From the NCBI RefSeq assembly GCF_018350175.1, contig NC_058369.1:20648001-20712000 (forward strand): a stretch of DNA of 64,000 bases, in the 5' to 3' direction. Every line of letters begins with the position of its first letter. Within the stretch, counting starts at the first letter, position 1. A program made the translations under genes and the position numbers. The notes under the pieces are model-generated. The model saw nothing but the letters and a program-made list of their open reading frames with translations, did no database searches and was not told the DNA's origin. This DNA comes from Felis catus. Lineage: Eukaryota. Below, piece by piece: positions 38,359 to 51,127 of this stretch.

Positions 38359-41300
38359 GAAAAATTCTACTCTTCTATCCTGACATCTGTCCATTCTCCT
38401 CTCCGCGAATCTCCAAGCCACCTTTTCCACCACAGTCAGCTTTGTTCCTGCCTTCATGACTGCCCACAGAGCTTCCTTCCAGGAATGTCCTTCCTCTGTC
38501 CCTCTGCTGGTCCAAGGCCTGTTTTGCCTTCTTCAAGGGCTTCCTCCCTGCCTCCTCTTCTTCTGGCTGTCCCTGACCTCCCACCACCGCCCCCTCCCCC
38601 ACAAGCCCACCCCCCACCCCTGCCCCCTGCTGCATTCCTGGATGTGAAGCTGCCTGAGAGGTGCCATTCGGAAACCCAGAATCTGGAACTTCTGGCACAT
38701 TTCAGTGATGCCCAAGGACAGAAAGACAGAACTTGGAAATCAGGATTGCCTCTGACTTTCTGGGCTGTGGGGCCCATTTCACAGATGGGGAGACAGAGGA
38801 CTTGAGAGCAGGTGCACACAGCCTACCTCCAATGACTGACACTTTGTCTCATTTTACTCCCACAGCAACTTACAAGGGAGGCTCTCTTCACATCCCCATT
38901 TCATAGATGAGGAAACTGAAGGTCTGAGAAGTGAAGCTCACATGGCTATTAGGTGAAGAAGTCACTTAAAAACATCCACTGACCCTGTACTTTACAAAAG
39001 TAGCAACAGCAGGAACTTCCGGATGATTTCTGCCTACAAGGAATGCTTGGATGTTCTGAACATCTCAGACTGTCTGCCTTGAGGCCTTTCTGAGGGTGTC
39101 TGTATGGATCTGCTTCCCATTTCATAACTGCCACAGGAGGCAGCAATCCTCCCCTCCATGCCCCGACTTTGTCCTATTTCCTGGAAACATTCAGGGTCAG
39201 AATCCCTCTAGGGTTCTGGTCTCACTACCCCCTCACCCCCCCCCCCACCCCACCCCCGCCATTTCTTCACAGGGACGGTTTGGGGAAAGAGAAGACTGGA
39301 GGTGGAACAAGGCTGGGAGATGAGTTTGGCATATGTTTTGGCAGCCAGGGAAATTCTCTCCCAAATGCAGGGTCCAGCCTCCCCATGTGGTCCTGTCTCC
39401 CTCCCGCCTCTCTCCTATCTTGCTGCCATGGCTCTAGCCTTGTCTGGGCCAAGATCTCTACCAGAAGACCAGAGTGGATGCCTCTGAGGCCCACTCCAGC
39501 CAGCTGGCTGGGTGACCTCAGCTTAGACTCTTGACCTCTCTGGACTGAAACTGTTTCTCTGTGCAGCGGGCAATTTTGGGTCTACAAGTCCCCCAGGGAA
39601 ACAAGGCAGGAGACTTTCAATCCTAGCACAGAAACCAGGAAAGGCAAGTCAGGGAGGTAGCCCCTGTGCGTCCTACAAGCTGCTTTAGGGCTAGGAAGGA
39701 ATGCTAAGGAGCGCTAAGAGAAGAGGCCCCGCACTCCCAGATCAGATTCTCTCCTTCAAGCCCTGTCTGCAAAGGTGGCAGCTCCCAGCGCTCTCTCGGG
39801 TGGAGGGACAGGGCATCTGCGTCACCCATCCTTGCTAAGCAGTCCGTCTGGCTCCCCTGCTGAGCACCCCCCTCCGGGGGCAGAGCTGGTCTCACAGTCT
39901 CCACCAGACTGCCTGGTGCCTGCAGGGGCTTTCAGCAGGGGAAGATTCACCCCAGACCCTCACACTCACTGTTCCCTCTGCCTGGAACAGCGCGCTCCTC
40001 ACCTGGCTCAGACTAAAAGATCATTGCCTCTGGGAGGCCTTCCAGGACTACCCCAGCCAGACCAGGCCCCTTTCTCCACACCTCCCCCAACACCACAGGC
40101 TTTATTCTGGTTGTGCTTTGTCCAGGCCCATCTCCCCTTCTGAGTGGGGGGACTCCCCAAGGGCAATTTCAGGCTCCCAGCGTTTCCTGGGCTGGGCCGG
40201 GACCCCCAAGGAGAGCTCCCTGCTTCGTCTTCTTGGCCATTCCTATTCCTGAACACGGTCCAGTATATTTCCCCTGGAGGGGCCAGGCCGAAGGGGGAGG
40301 TCAGTCACTTTGTCATTCCCCACACCTTTTGGACCCCTCTTTCTGAGTCTTTGCCCCTGCCCCAGCAACCCACTCATCTTCCCTGTGGGCCTCCAGGACT
40401 GCACAGGCATCTGTCTCTTTTCTTCTGAGACTGCCCTTGTCGGGAGAGACTGTGGGCGGAAAGGGTCCGGGGCTGAGGAAGGGGACCACAGGAGGATCCT
40501 GTGGACAGACAACTCCTCTGCCTCCCCAACCCTTCCGTGTCCATGGCCTGTGATGGATGCAGGGGGGGGGGGGGGAGATGGCAATGGCTGGTCCTTGGTC
40601 CAAATCCAGGTCACTCCCGGCCTGCTCAGCAGCCGTCGGTAATTAGGGGCCAGCAGGACGTGGGCAGGCGGGTGGCAGGAGGCCTAATTGTCTGATTTTT
40701 CAGGTAATTAACGGGAGGCTGTCTGGCCTGTCCCCACGGGGCCCAGCATCCGCCACCCCATCCCCCGGGCAGCCCCAGCCGCCTAATGAGGCCAATTACT
40801 GAGTGATGCCTGGGCCCTCATTAGCCACCTGGAAAGGTCATGTGGAATTGGCACTGAGGGCGGGGCTCAGCCGGTGGTGGTGGAGGCTGGGCCACCCCTA
40901 GAGATCAGGGTGAGGACCCGAAGGCCACAGGCCCGTAGATCTCTGCTGCTGCTTACAGGTAGCCCACCCCACACCTGGGAGCTCACTTCTTGCCTCTTCT
41001 CTCAGGACAGCAGCCTTAGGTGAAATCCTCCCACACCACTTCCCAGCAATGTGGCCTCGGGCCTGTCACCCCTGTCTGACTCTGTTTCCTAAATCAGAGA
41101 TGAGGGACCTAAAACACCTGGTTCACTGTGGGTGCCCAGCGCATGGGCGCCCACCTTCCTCCATGCTGCCAACTCCTTATGTCACTCTTGAGGAGAGGAA
41201 ACCCAAAGACGGTTGGGCCTGAGGTCACCGATGTGTCCTCAGCCCACTCTGCAGGGTTCCTGGAGGCGGCAGGGATGGCCCCCTGGGATTCACCCCAAGG

Positions 41301-44300
41301 GACTCAGCAGCCAGTCAGGCAGTCCTGGGAGGGGTCAGTAGAGGCAGCTGGGTAGAGGAAGGAGGCCTGGGAGGGGCTGGACCTTCCAGGCACCTGAGCC
41401 GAGTAGAGGTGGGGAAGTGGGAAATCCCCCAACTCCCCAGGAAATGGGTGACTTGGAAGCTCCTGGTGGAGCTGAAGGGCCCTCCTAGTCCCTGATGTGG
41501 CAGGGCCCCCCAGGGAGAAGCTGACGGCGCGTGCCTGCCGCCCAAGGCAGGAAGCCACCCTTTCAGGGTTAGTGCGCTCCATTCTTAAACTGGGAGAGCA
41601 CTGCGCCTTCAGATGTTGAGTTTTTTTGGCTTCTGTGGCTCCTCTGTTTTAAGAATTCGGTGACCTAATTCCATGCTGACAAATTCCATGCTGTTCGGGC
41701 CCCTGTAATCATCAGCTAATGCTACTTTTGGTCCTACTGCCAGCCTAGAATCTAGGTCAAGGGTTTCCAAACTGTGTCCCCCCCCTCCCCCCCGCCAAGG
41801 AGCCCTTAGGTGGGAAAAGAAGGGAGATGCTACCAACCCTCCAACTGGAGCAGCTGGACTTTGATCTCTGATGAAATACTAGTAGTTGTTGCTCTGTGAG
41901 CTCTTGCCACGTGCCAGGCACACATGGGGGCTCTGCCTCCACAGTGGTATTTTGTCTTCACAAACGCCTGTGAAGAAGGTAGCAACACATTCCCATTTTA
42001 CAGATGAGGATGCTGAGACTGTAGGAGGCTGAGCAGCCTGCCCTAGGTCTCGCAACTTGCGGGAAGGCGAGCCAGGACTTGGACCCAGTTTCTACTCTGA
42101 GCCACCAGGGCATATGGGTCCCTTGGCTGGAAAGAAAACTAGGTGTAGGAGTCAGAGGGGATGTCACATTTATCATCATTTGTTTCCTCCGGGTCAGTGC
42201 GTGCAGGCACACCTGCCTCTCTGCCCCAGGGGAGCGTGGTCCCAGCGCCAGGTTACCAGGGCCCCTGTACCCCACCACGTGGTGTCCGTATACATGAGGG
42301 TCTGTCTGCCTGAATGTTTCTCTCCCCTCTGCTGTGGGCTCCACTTCCCCTGCAGTCCAAACCGATAGGATCCAGCCCCGAAATAGCATATGTTTCCAGC
42401 CTCTGCTCATCCAAGTCATAAATCGCCTGGTGTGATGTGCTCCTTGCTTCAAAACCCAGGGTGGGGGTGGCTGAGTGAGTGTAAGGAGCTTGCAGGGCCT
42501 CCTCCACACTGAGACACGAAGCTGGAAGCCGGGGTGAGCCCAGGACGGAGGCCCAGGAAAGGAAGTGAGGGCCAGTCCTCATTAGACCTGGGGGCTGGCC
42601 TGGGGTTCAGCCTGGGATGCGAGTCAGGGCTTGGTGGCCCGGATTCAACCTGGGCCTAAGGGTTCAGACAAATTGGAGCTGAGGTCGGAGATCAGAGGGT
42701 TGGGCTTCAGTCTTGTCCAGCAGTCAAAGGCCCAGACTTAGCTTGGAGTAGGGGGTCAGAGGGCAGGAGCCATTGCTCAGAACTTGATGAGGATGGAGAG
42801 CCAAGCTCAGTCTGAGGTCAGGGTCAGGACTCTCAGGCTGATGTAAGTTCAGAGGTCAGAGTCATGATCAACCTGGTGCTGAGGGCCACTGCTGACTGAG
42901 GAGGAGGTCCCCAAAGACCCAGAAGCCTTCCTCTTTCCTGGAAATGAGCCAGACAGGACCGGTGACAGGGGGATGCCTATGATAAGCAAGATGGAGGCTT
43001 CCAGGGATTGTACAAGACTAGGAAAAGGACTGGGGGCAGGTCCACTAGAGCAAAGCCACTAGAGCAAAGCCGTCCCTGCTCCTGGAACGGGAGCCTCAGC
43101 TGTTCATCTCTGACATAATCATGGTCATGGCACCCACCTCCATATTGATCATGCCCCACCGGTATTGCCTATTTCTGCCCCTGCCACTGTGGCTCTGGCA
43201 TGGACGAGGTGAGCTGACAGGATGCACAGTAGAGGCAGCCACATGACATGCCCAGTGTGGATTTATGTCCCTTCCCTGCCTCCATGGCACAGGGGGCCCT
43301 CACGGGCAGAACCACATCAAGGCTCTCAATCCCCAGTTACTGCCCAGAGAGCCCCGTTGCTTCCCAAGCTGCCCCTGAGAGGTAGCCCTGCAGCCCGTCC
43401 AGGCCTCAGCCGCCCCAGCCAAGTGGTACGCACGCCGCAGCCCTGTCCAGGCACAGGTTTTCCAGTCCTCCGTTCTGCCCCCTGGGCTTTCCCGCCTCTT
43501 CCCTGTTCTGGGCCCAGCATGGACAGATATGTGGGGACAAGTCCACACAGCAGCCAGTGGGGAATGTGGGGGTGGAGCGGGCAAGCAGGAATGAGAGGCC
43601 AGCAGGCAGAGGAGAAGGGTGCCAAGGGGGAAGCCTTATCACAGGCCTCTCTGTTCTCATCTCCCACAGGGCCTGGGCATAGACCAGTCTCAGGCCATTC
43701 ACTCGGCACTGCGGCCCTGACCCCAGAGGTCCCCCCTCCCTAGGGCACCACAGGAGATTCAACCAAGGGGGGAACCAGCATGTGTGAGGGGGTGGGCGGT
43801 TTGGAGGCAGGTGAGAGAAACCCTAGGAGACAGGAGTTGTGGAGAGCCCACAGAGGATGTGTGGACGACTAGAGGGCTGCCCTGCCCACCCAGGATTCGA
43901 GGCCTCCAGGGTTTGGCTGTGAAAGTCCCGGTCACCTCCTCCAGCTGAGCTATTAATACCCAACTACGACCCACGCACCCTTGTTGGGAGGACGCCGAGT
44001 TCCTCGGGGGCTAAAAAAGGTCTGAGATGGGGGTGAGCCAGGCCTTCTTCTCTTCTTGTTGGAGGAGATGGGGCCAAAGGCCAGGCTGGCCTGGAACAGG
44101 GGGTGGAGCTAGGGTGGGGGTGCAGAGGGTAACAGAGCCCTGGGGGTGGCCTGAGGATTCCAGCTTGGAGCAGGAAGGTGCTTGGCCAGTCCAGTCTCCA
44201 TTGCTCAGAGAGCCAGGGCAGGGACTTGTCCTCGGTCCCACCTGGGAGGGGACTACCACCGAGCTCTCCTGGTTCCTTGCCCCCACCCAGGCCTTCTCCT

Positions 44301-47300
44301 TCCCCTCAGACCTCGGCTTGGTCTGCCCCAGGCTGCAGTGAGGCTGAGGGCTGCCTGTCTCCTCCTGCCAGAAGGGGCCTGGAGGAGAAAGGGGGCTCTA
44401 GGGGGAAGTTCAGAGCCTCTGGTGGGAGCTGAGCCCCCTAAAGCATAGCCATTCATGTTTTGCTTCATGTGTGAAGTCTCAATTATTCACAGCATTCTCT
44501 GAGGGGGGAATTACTGGTAGCCCAATTTTATAGATGAAGAAACTGAGGCTCAGTTATTTCCCTGGAGGCTGAGCTGCATAGACCTGGTTTGTCAGACTCC
44601 AAACCCCTACCCTGTGTTGCCTCCTGTTACATCATTATAAAAGGAGGTTCCTTAGTTTGTTTTGGGGATCCATGAAACAGCTGTTTCCATCAAAATGCCC
44701 CAGTTGCCACAGTGTGCCAGGCCTGTTGGGGTGGCTGGACCAAGCATGAGGAACCCTCACAGGTGCCTTTCTCCTGCACTGGTGAACCCCCCCCCCCCCC
44801 CACCCAGGGATCCACGGTCACTTCTTCCTCATTCCTGGGGCTCAAGGTCACATCCTGGGGGGGGGGGTCTGTGCTGGTTTTCTGGGCTCAAAGCCACCTG
44901 CTCCCTGCTGTGTCCCCCTCCTTTCCCAGGGCAGATGCTCCAGGATCCAGAGGCAGACCCCAGCAGGGTACAGACTTGGCCGGGAGAGTCCAGATGAGAA
45001 AGTGGCTGAGAGGTGTCAGCCCCAGAGGCCCCCTGCGCCGGAAATCCTGACAGCTGCCTGGCTCACAGGCCCTGGGCGCTGGGCCCTGACCCCAGGCTGG
45101 CTATGGTCGTGTCAGGTGTCCAGAGGAGTTGGGGGAGGAGATGGCTAGAGCCACGGGCAGTCTGCCTGTGGTTGTGGAGGCTGTCAACACCTCCTGGGCA
45201 GCCAAGGCAGAGAGGGGCCAGGGGCTGGCAGGGGGGGGGGGGTCGTTCCTGCCCTGGCCTGGCCGGTTTACAGGGGAGAGATAGGGCCCTGTCCTGAGGG
45301 ACTGAGGGGGAGTCAGGCCATGTCCTGAGGGTCTGGGAAAGGAAGCATGGCCACAAGGTCCTATCCTATGCTGAGAGAAACCTGGCCTTGCCTGAGAAAT
45401 CTGAGAAGAGGGAGAGACCCCTAGTCTTGGGGGCTGGTACAGGGGATATATTTCCTAATGGCTGGTGGGGATTGGGGTGTGGGGTGCTGTCCCAGTCTCA
45501 CAACAGGGAAGGCTGACTGACGTGTGGAGGGGGAGGGACCTGGACCTGCCTCCCTGCCGTTCTCAGCTGGCAGGCAGGTGGCTCTGAATTTCCCCAGTGT
45601 GTCTTCTCCACGACTCTGCAGGACCAGGCAGGAGCCCTCTGGCCTCAGGCTGACCACACAAACAGCCCCAGGGCTTCCCTTCACCACATCCAGGAAAGGA
45701 GCTGGACTAGCCCTGCCTGGATTTTTCCTATCCCTAAGGAAGGTCTCTGCCTCTGCACTGGCTGGGAGGGTGGGTGTCAGGCCAGGCTTAGAACGGGCCC
45801 TGCTGCTTGCTCACCCCCATACACCCTCAGCTCTCCAACTGCCCATGTGCTCACTCCTCTGGAACGGCCCCCTCACCCCCAAGCAGTCTTCCTGGATTAA
45901 TAGAGATGACCCCTACACCAGGCCTGGAGTGTCCCTGCCCTGCCTGCCTGTTTCCCTGGGGGCCCCGCCAGCAGAGCCCGACCTTATGATGGCTTGGGCT
46001 TCTACTTCTCCTCTCCCATTTTACTTTCAATGCTCCCTCCCACCTGGCTGGTCTCCTAGACCCCCGGGGCCTCGGTTCACTGACCAAACCCACCCCTCTG
46101 CCACACTAGCTGCCACATTCAGCTGTCCCTGCTGCTCGGCCTGGGCTCTGGCTGCCCCCTTTGCTCAGCTTCCTCCCCTGTGCCTCTGTCCCTTCTGTCT
46201 GCATTTCTCTTCGCCCTTTGCTGACTCAGATGTGGCTCCGTCTCAGTGTCCATCTCTGGCCTTCTCTGTCTGGCTCCCTCCCATCCAGTCTCAGGTAGCT
46301 CAGCCTTCCTGTCACTGTTGCTCTGGGACCCTCTCCTGCTAGTGTCTTCTCTCCCTCCCTGGCCAGGATGGCTGCGGAGACATCTGCTCTGAGCTCTGAC
46401 ATCCACTTGCTGGGCCCCAGGAGGAGCTCAGACCACACTTGTGATCCCGGTTCTGGCCCAGGTAGTGGATGTGACTCCCAGAAGGCAGGAGGCAGAGAGT
46501 GGCCGGGGGACCGTGTGCTTGCCTATCCCTTGGGGGGGCCTCCCTCTGTCCAGGCCACTGGCCGTGGTCTCTGCCTAGGCTTCCAACTTCCTTCACCACT
46601 TACGACTGTGTGACCCTGAGCAAGCTCTGAGCTTCAGTTTCCTCTTTTACAGTGCCAGCAGGGCCTGCTTCAGCAAGTGCCACACAATGAAATGTTAGCC
46701 TGGCAGGTACTTGGCACTGTACCCAGCACGTGGCAGTACTCAGTAGAGTCCCCATCATTGTTACCATGACCATAAATCCAGAGGTCCCCAGAGCCATGAT
46801 GGGTGGAGTGGGGGATGGGCCAAACCTCTGCTGCTGGAAGTGTCCCCAGATCAACCAGAGTCCTACGCCCCTCCCTTCCTCTGGGGGACGGAAGACATCC
46901 CCACACACCTGGGACCTTCCTGTCCTCAGAGTCAGTCTGAATTGCATGCTGTGGTGCTCACCAAATTAATTACTGCTGGCTTGGGGATATACTTTTTTAA
47001 GAAGACATTTTCCAGGGGGAAAAACACGCAGGAGCTATAATTAGCTGGTAAGAGGAAAGAAGAACGGCGTGTGTGAATCACCAGCCCCGGTGACAGACTG
47101 TTAGAGCTGAGCAGAAGTTTTGGGCGAAGCCGCCGGGGTGTGGGTGAGCTGGGGACAGGGTGCAGGCAGGCTGGGGCCCTCAGGCACAAGGCGCATTCAG
47201 GGGCGGAGACCTTACCTGTCACCCTGAAGTCTTCCTGCTCTCTCCCCAGACTTGTCACCCATTGCCTTACGAAGATCCCAGCTCCTTGGCTCCCCTGCAG

Positions 47301-49757
47301 CTCCTGCCTGCCCATCCCCAGGGCTTCTGGCCCACTCAAGCCCAAGGCCACTGCCAGTACTTGCTGACATGGACCTGGGCAGAGACCCTGCAGCTCCAGT
47401 GAGGAGGGAGACCCTGAAGAGGGTTTGAGCTGCCCGGGGGTTTGGAAACCACCCAGTCCAATTTCCCGTTCATTCATTCACTTGTTCATCAAATGCTGAA
47501 ATACTGCTTGTGCCCGGCCTACAGACGAGCAAACAGAGGCCCAAGGCTATACAGCTATGAGTGGAGAAGTCTCTCTGCCTGTCCTGTCACACCAACTATG
47601 CCAAGCCAGACCCCGGGCAGGGCCCTGGGCTACTGAGGTGACCGTGACCAGGCCTTCCTCTCACGGAGCCCATATCCCGATTTGGGGGGCAACCAAACAT
47701 CTAGAGAGCAGAATGCTCAGTGCCACAACGTGGGAAGCACAGGGCTGTGGGAGCCCAGAAGTGGCTCTTGATCCAGCCTGGTGGTCAGAGGGGTTCACAG
47801 GGGAAGAGGTAAAAGGGGTTCAAAGGGTGGAAACAGCACGATGGGCCATCATACCCAGAGGGACCTAAAGTGACTCTGTGGCTGGGCTCAGGAAACAGCA
47901 GGTAGGGAGGTGGGTGATGGGGAGGGCTGCTTCTGAGCCAGGTCATTACAGTGCCCATTGCCCCCCCCCCCCCCGACCTCTGCCGTTTCTCCTGAGCAGC
48001 TGAAGGGGCATGACCTGCTGGGTGCCCCTAGGACACTGTTTGCCATGTGGCCTTGGTCCTTGCAGACCCTCTGCTAGCTCTTTTTGATATCTGGACCCAC
48101 TGACCCCAGGTAAACCCTGTCTGAGCAGTCAGTGGCCAATGAGGCAGGACCCAGCTTTCTTCCTCCCTCCCTCTCCCCTGGCTGAGGACTGGCTACCCAA
48201 TTCTCTAGGGGATCTCAGCCCAAGCCTGGGGGCAGGTACACTAGAGCAGCATGGCCTGTGCCTGAGAGCAGAGGCCCCAGGTCTCCAGTGAGAGGACACT
48301 TCCTCCCCTGGGAGAGTATGGCATCATCCAGCGCACAGAGCTCCCTCCTAACCCCAGACCAAATTAGCCTTCCAAATTACAGGCTGCATATCCTCCAAAT
48401 TGAGGATCGGGTGGGAGAACAGAGGCCCAGCTCTCCTTCCCACTTCCTGCTCATGGAGGACTCTCAGTTGGCCCATCCGCAAATAACAGACCGTGTTAGG
48501 AAACGATTCTGGACACACACACTCTCCCACCCCAGGTTCTAGGCCCCAGACCAGCATCCAGGCTCAGGACAAGCTTGTGCTCTCCTAGAATTTGACAATG
48601 AGCTTGGAACCAGGGCATCTAGTCAAGGCCAGCTCAGAGTTCTGAGGGCATTTTGGGGGCTACTTATTCAACAAACACTTTCTGGGCACATTTTCTGTGC
48701 CAGGCACTGTGCTGGGCCCTGAGACACTGAGATGACAGACATGTGACCAGGCAGGTATGGGACAGTGAGCAGGCTTGTGGCAAGGGGTGAGCAGTGGCTG
48801 TGGGAACCCCTGATGAGGTCAGGGAGAGCTTCCTAGAGGAAGGGGTATATAAGCTGAGTCCCAGAGGACGAGTGTGTCCTGAGCCAGAGGAAAAGAGAAG
48901 GAGACAGTTTCAGGAGCAAAGAACATCAAGAACAAAGGCGGGGAGTAGAGAGAGTGGGTGGGCATTAAGCAGTGGGTGGAGGCACTGGTTTGTTCAGACT
49001 CCTGGGCCTTGCCAGCCGTGTCAGGGGATTGGATTTCATCAGGAGTAGGAGGGGAGGAGGTCTGGGAGCAGGAGAGTGGAGGAGGATGGGTGTGTGCGTG
49101 CAGAAGCAAAGACGACCCTCTAACCCCACCCCGAGGGCTCCCGGTAGGTAGAAAGGAGTGCGGGTGGGGTCCCTGGGACCTCCCACACTGGCCTCCCTCA
49201 GACCCCTTCCAGACGGCCTCAGGCCTTTGGAGAAATAATCCAGTTTGCTGCAAGGGAAACATGGGAGCATGATTGTATTTCTTTGTGTCCTGAAATTAAG
49301 GTGACTTTCTGTATTTTTGCTAATTGGTTTGGGATTTTTCGTGTTTTTGTTTTAGAAGAAAATTATATTGTAGACGCTGAGAATAAATGCAATTATTGTG
49401 TGGTGCTGAGTGCAGAGTGAAAGGACTACCTCCCTGAGCTCGCCCACTTTTGTGTCACAGAACAGGCGAGTGAGGTGGGGAGGGAGGGACGCAGCACCAG
49501 GCGGAATACCCGCCCCACCTCGTCTCTGGTCTCCAAGGAGCAGGAGGGTGTGGGGTGGCGTTGAGCAGAGGATGCCTGGTGGGAGTTCCTCCAGCTTCTG
49601 GTCTTGCTTGCACACCTCCTGGGACGGAGAGCTCACTGCTTCCCTCTGCCTGTGATGATTTTGCCCAGCTGCATCCGTTTGACTGTTCCTCCTGAGCTGC
49701 TTCCAGCACCCCTCAAGGTTCCCTGCATCCTAACCTCTGCCTGGCCCTCCACCTCTT

Positions 49758-49783
49758 TTTTTTTTTTTTTTTAATGTTTACTT

Positions 49784-49830
<47 letters not shown>

Positions 49831-49986
49831 TGGGGGAGGGGCAGAGAGCGAGAGGGGACAGAAGATCCAAAGCTGGTCCTGTGCTGACAGCAGAGAGCCC
49901 AACGTGGGGCTCGAATTCAACAAACCGCGAGATCATGACCTGAGCCAAAGTGGGATGTTCAACCGACTGAGCCACTCAGGCACCCC
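49758..49986 (-). mobile_element. Can-SINE (SINEC_Fc-like), antisense, with TSD
   Basis: Poly(T), (GA)n, ...gagatcatgacctgagcc...ccgactgagccactcaggcacccc. Flanks ggccctccacctctt / agccctccacccctt (13/15 identical). Confidence 0.93.
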
Positions 49987-50917
49987 AGCCCTCCACCCCT
50001 TGTCTTCACCTCTGCCTGAGGCAAGGCTGAGGCCAGGGTGGACTCCATGGGCCCTAGACTTCTACAGACCACATGGCGCTGGGTCTAGTCTGTCCTGAGT
50101 GGGTGGTACCTGCAATTCTGTGCCTGATGGCTGGGAGGGCTTCCGGCCCAGAGGCTCCCTTGCTGCCGGCCTGCGTGGGGACGTGAAGAGAGGCGCGTGA
50201 TCTGCTTCCTGGTGCCTGCTCTGGCATCCAGCACATCCTGCATGGCCCAGCCTGGCCCGGCTGAGGACACGGGCCGGTGGGTAGAGGAAGGCCCTGACAG
50301 ATGGTTCCACGCCCATAGAGGAACAGACGGGCAGAGCACCGGGTCAGCACACGCCCTCACGCGGCAGTCTTCTGTGCCCGGTCTTGCAATGGCTGCTGGG
50401 CCCTCCAAAATGAATTTGTCACAAACCTGACTCCTGACCTCGGGAGCCCATGGTCTGGACAGGCATGGGGGAGACAGGTCACAATAAAAAGCCTGCATTG
50501 CTGGCCTTACCAGCAAAATCAGCTCCAGACTTTTTTGGGAGCATAAATCCTACATATTCTAGCTTCCACCCAGAAACTAAAGCGGGACCTCTAAGTCACC
50601 TCTGTTCTCCTGCTCCCGCCATGGTTCCCAGTGTGTGCTCCACACTCCCTCCACCCTCTAGCCTCTCCTAGAACTCAACTGGACTCAAAGCACTGAACAC
50701 GCTCAGGTTTTAATGGTCTCCCTGGCCCTCTGGCCTTTGCCCAGGTTGTTCTGTCTGCCTGGAAAACGTCCTCTCCCTTTCACTTGCTAACTCCTACTCA
50801 CAGTCAGCTTCCCAGTCCTCTCCCTGGGCAGCTTTCCCAGCTTCCAGACCATGCCGGCCCCCTGGTGCCTGTCCCCGCAGCCCCTATACTGCCCTTGGAG
50901 CACTCACGGAAACTGAG

Positions 50918-51127
50918 ATTTTTTTTTTTAATGTTTATTTATTTTTGAGAGAGAGAGACAGAGTGTGAGACAGAGTCAGAGACAAAGGGAGACACAGAAT
51001 CTGAAGCAGGCTCCAGGCTCTGTGCTGACAAGCACAGAGCCCGACGCGGGGCTCAAACTCATGAACCGTGAGATCATGACCTGAGCTGAAGTCGGACACT
51101 CAACCGACTGAGCCACCCAGGTGCCCC
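50918..51127 (-). mobile_element. Can-SINE (SINEC_Fc-like), antisense, inside L2-like sequence
   Basis: T12 aatgtttatttatttttgagagag...cagagcccgacgcggggctcaaactc...gactgagccacccaggtgcccc. Confidence 0.93.

Noticed and set aside
44637..44644. Perfect TATAAAAG
   Set aside because: Isolated, next to a MIR and transposon-like sequence, with no CpG island or downstream exon structure.
45524..46342. 272-aa ORF
   Set aside because: GTG start, Pro/Ser/Leu-rich composition from pyrimidine-rich DNA, no domain or exon pattern.
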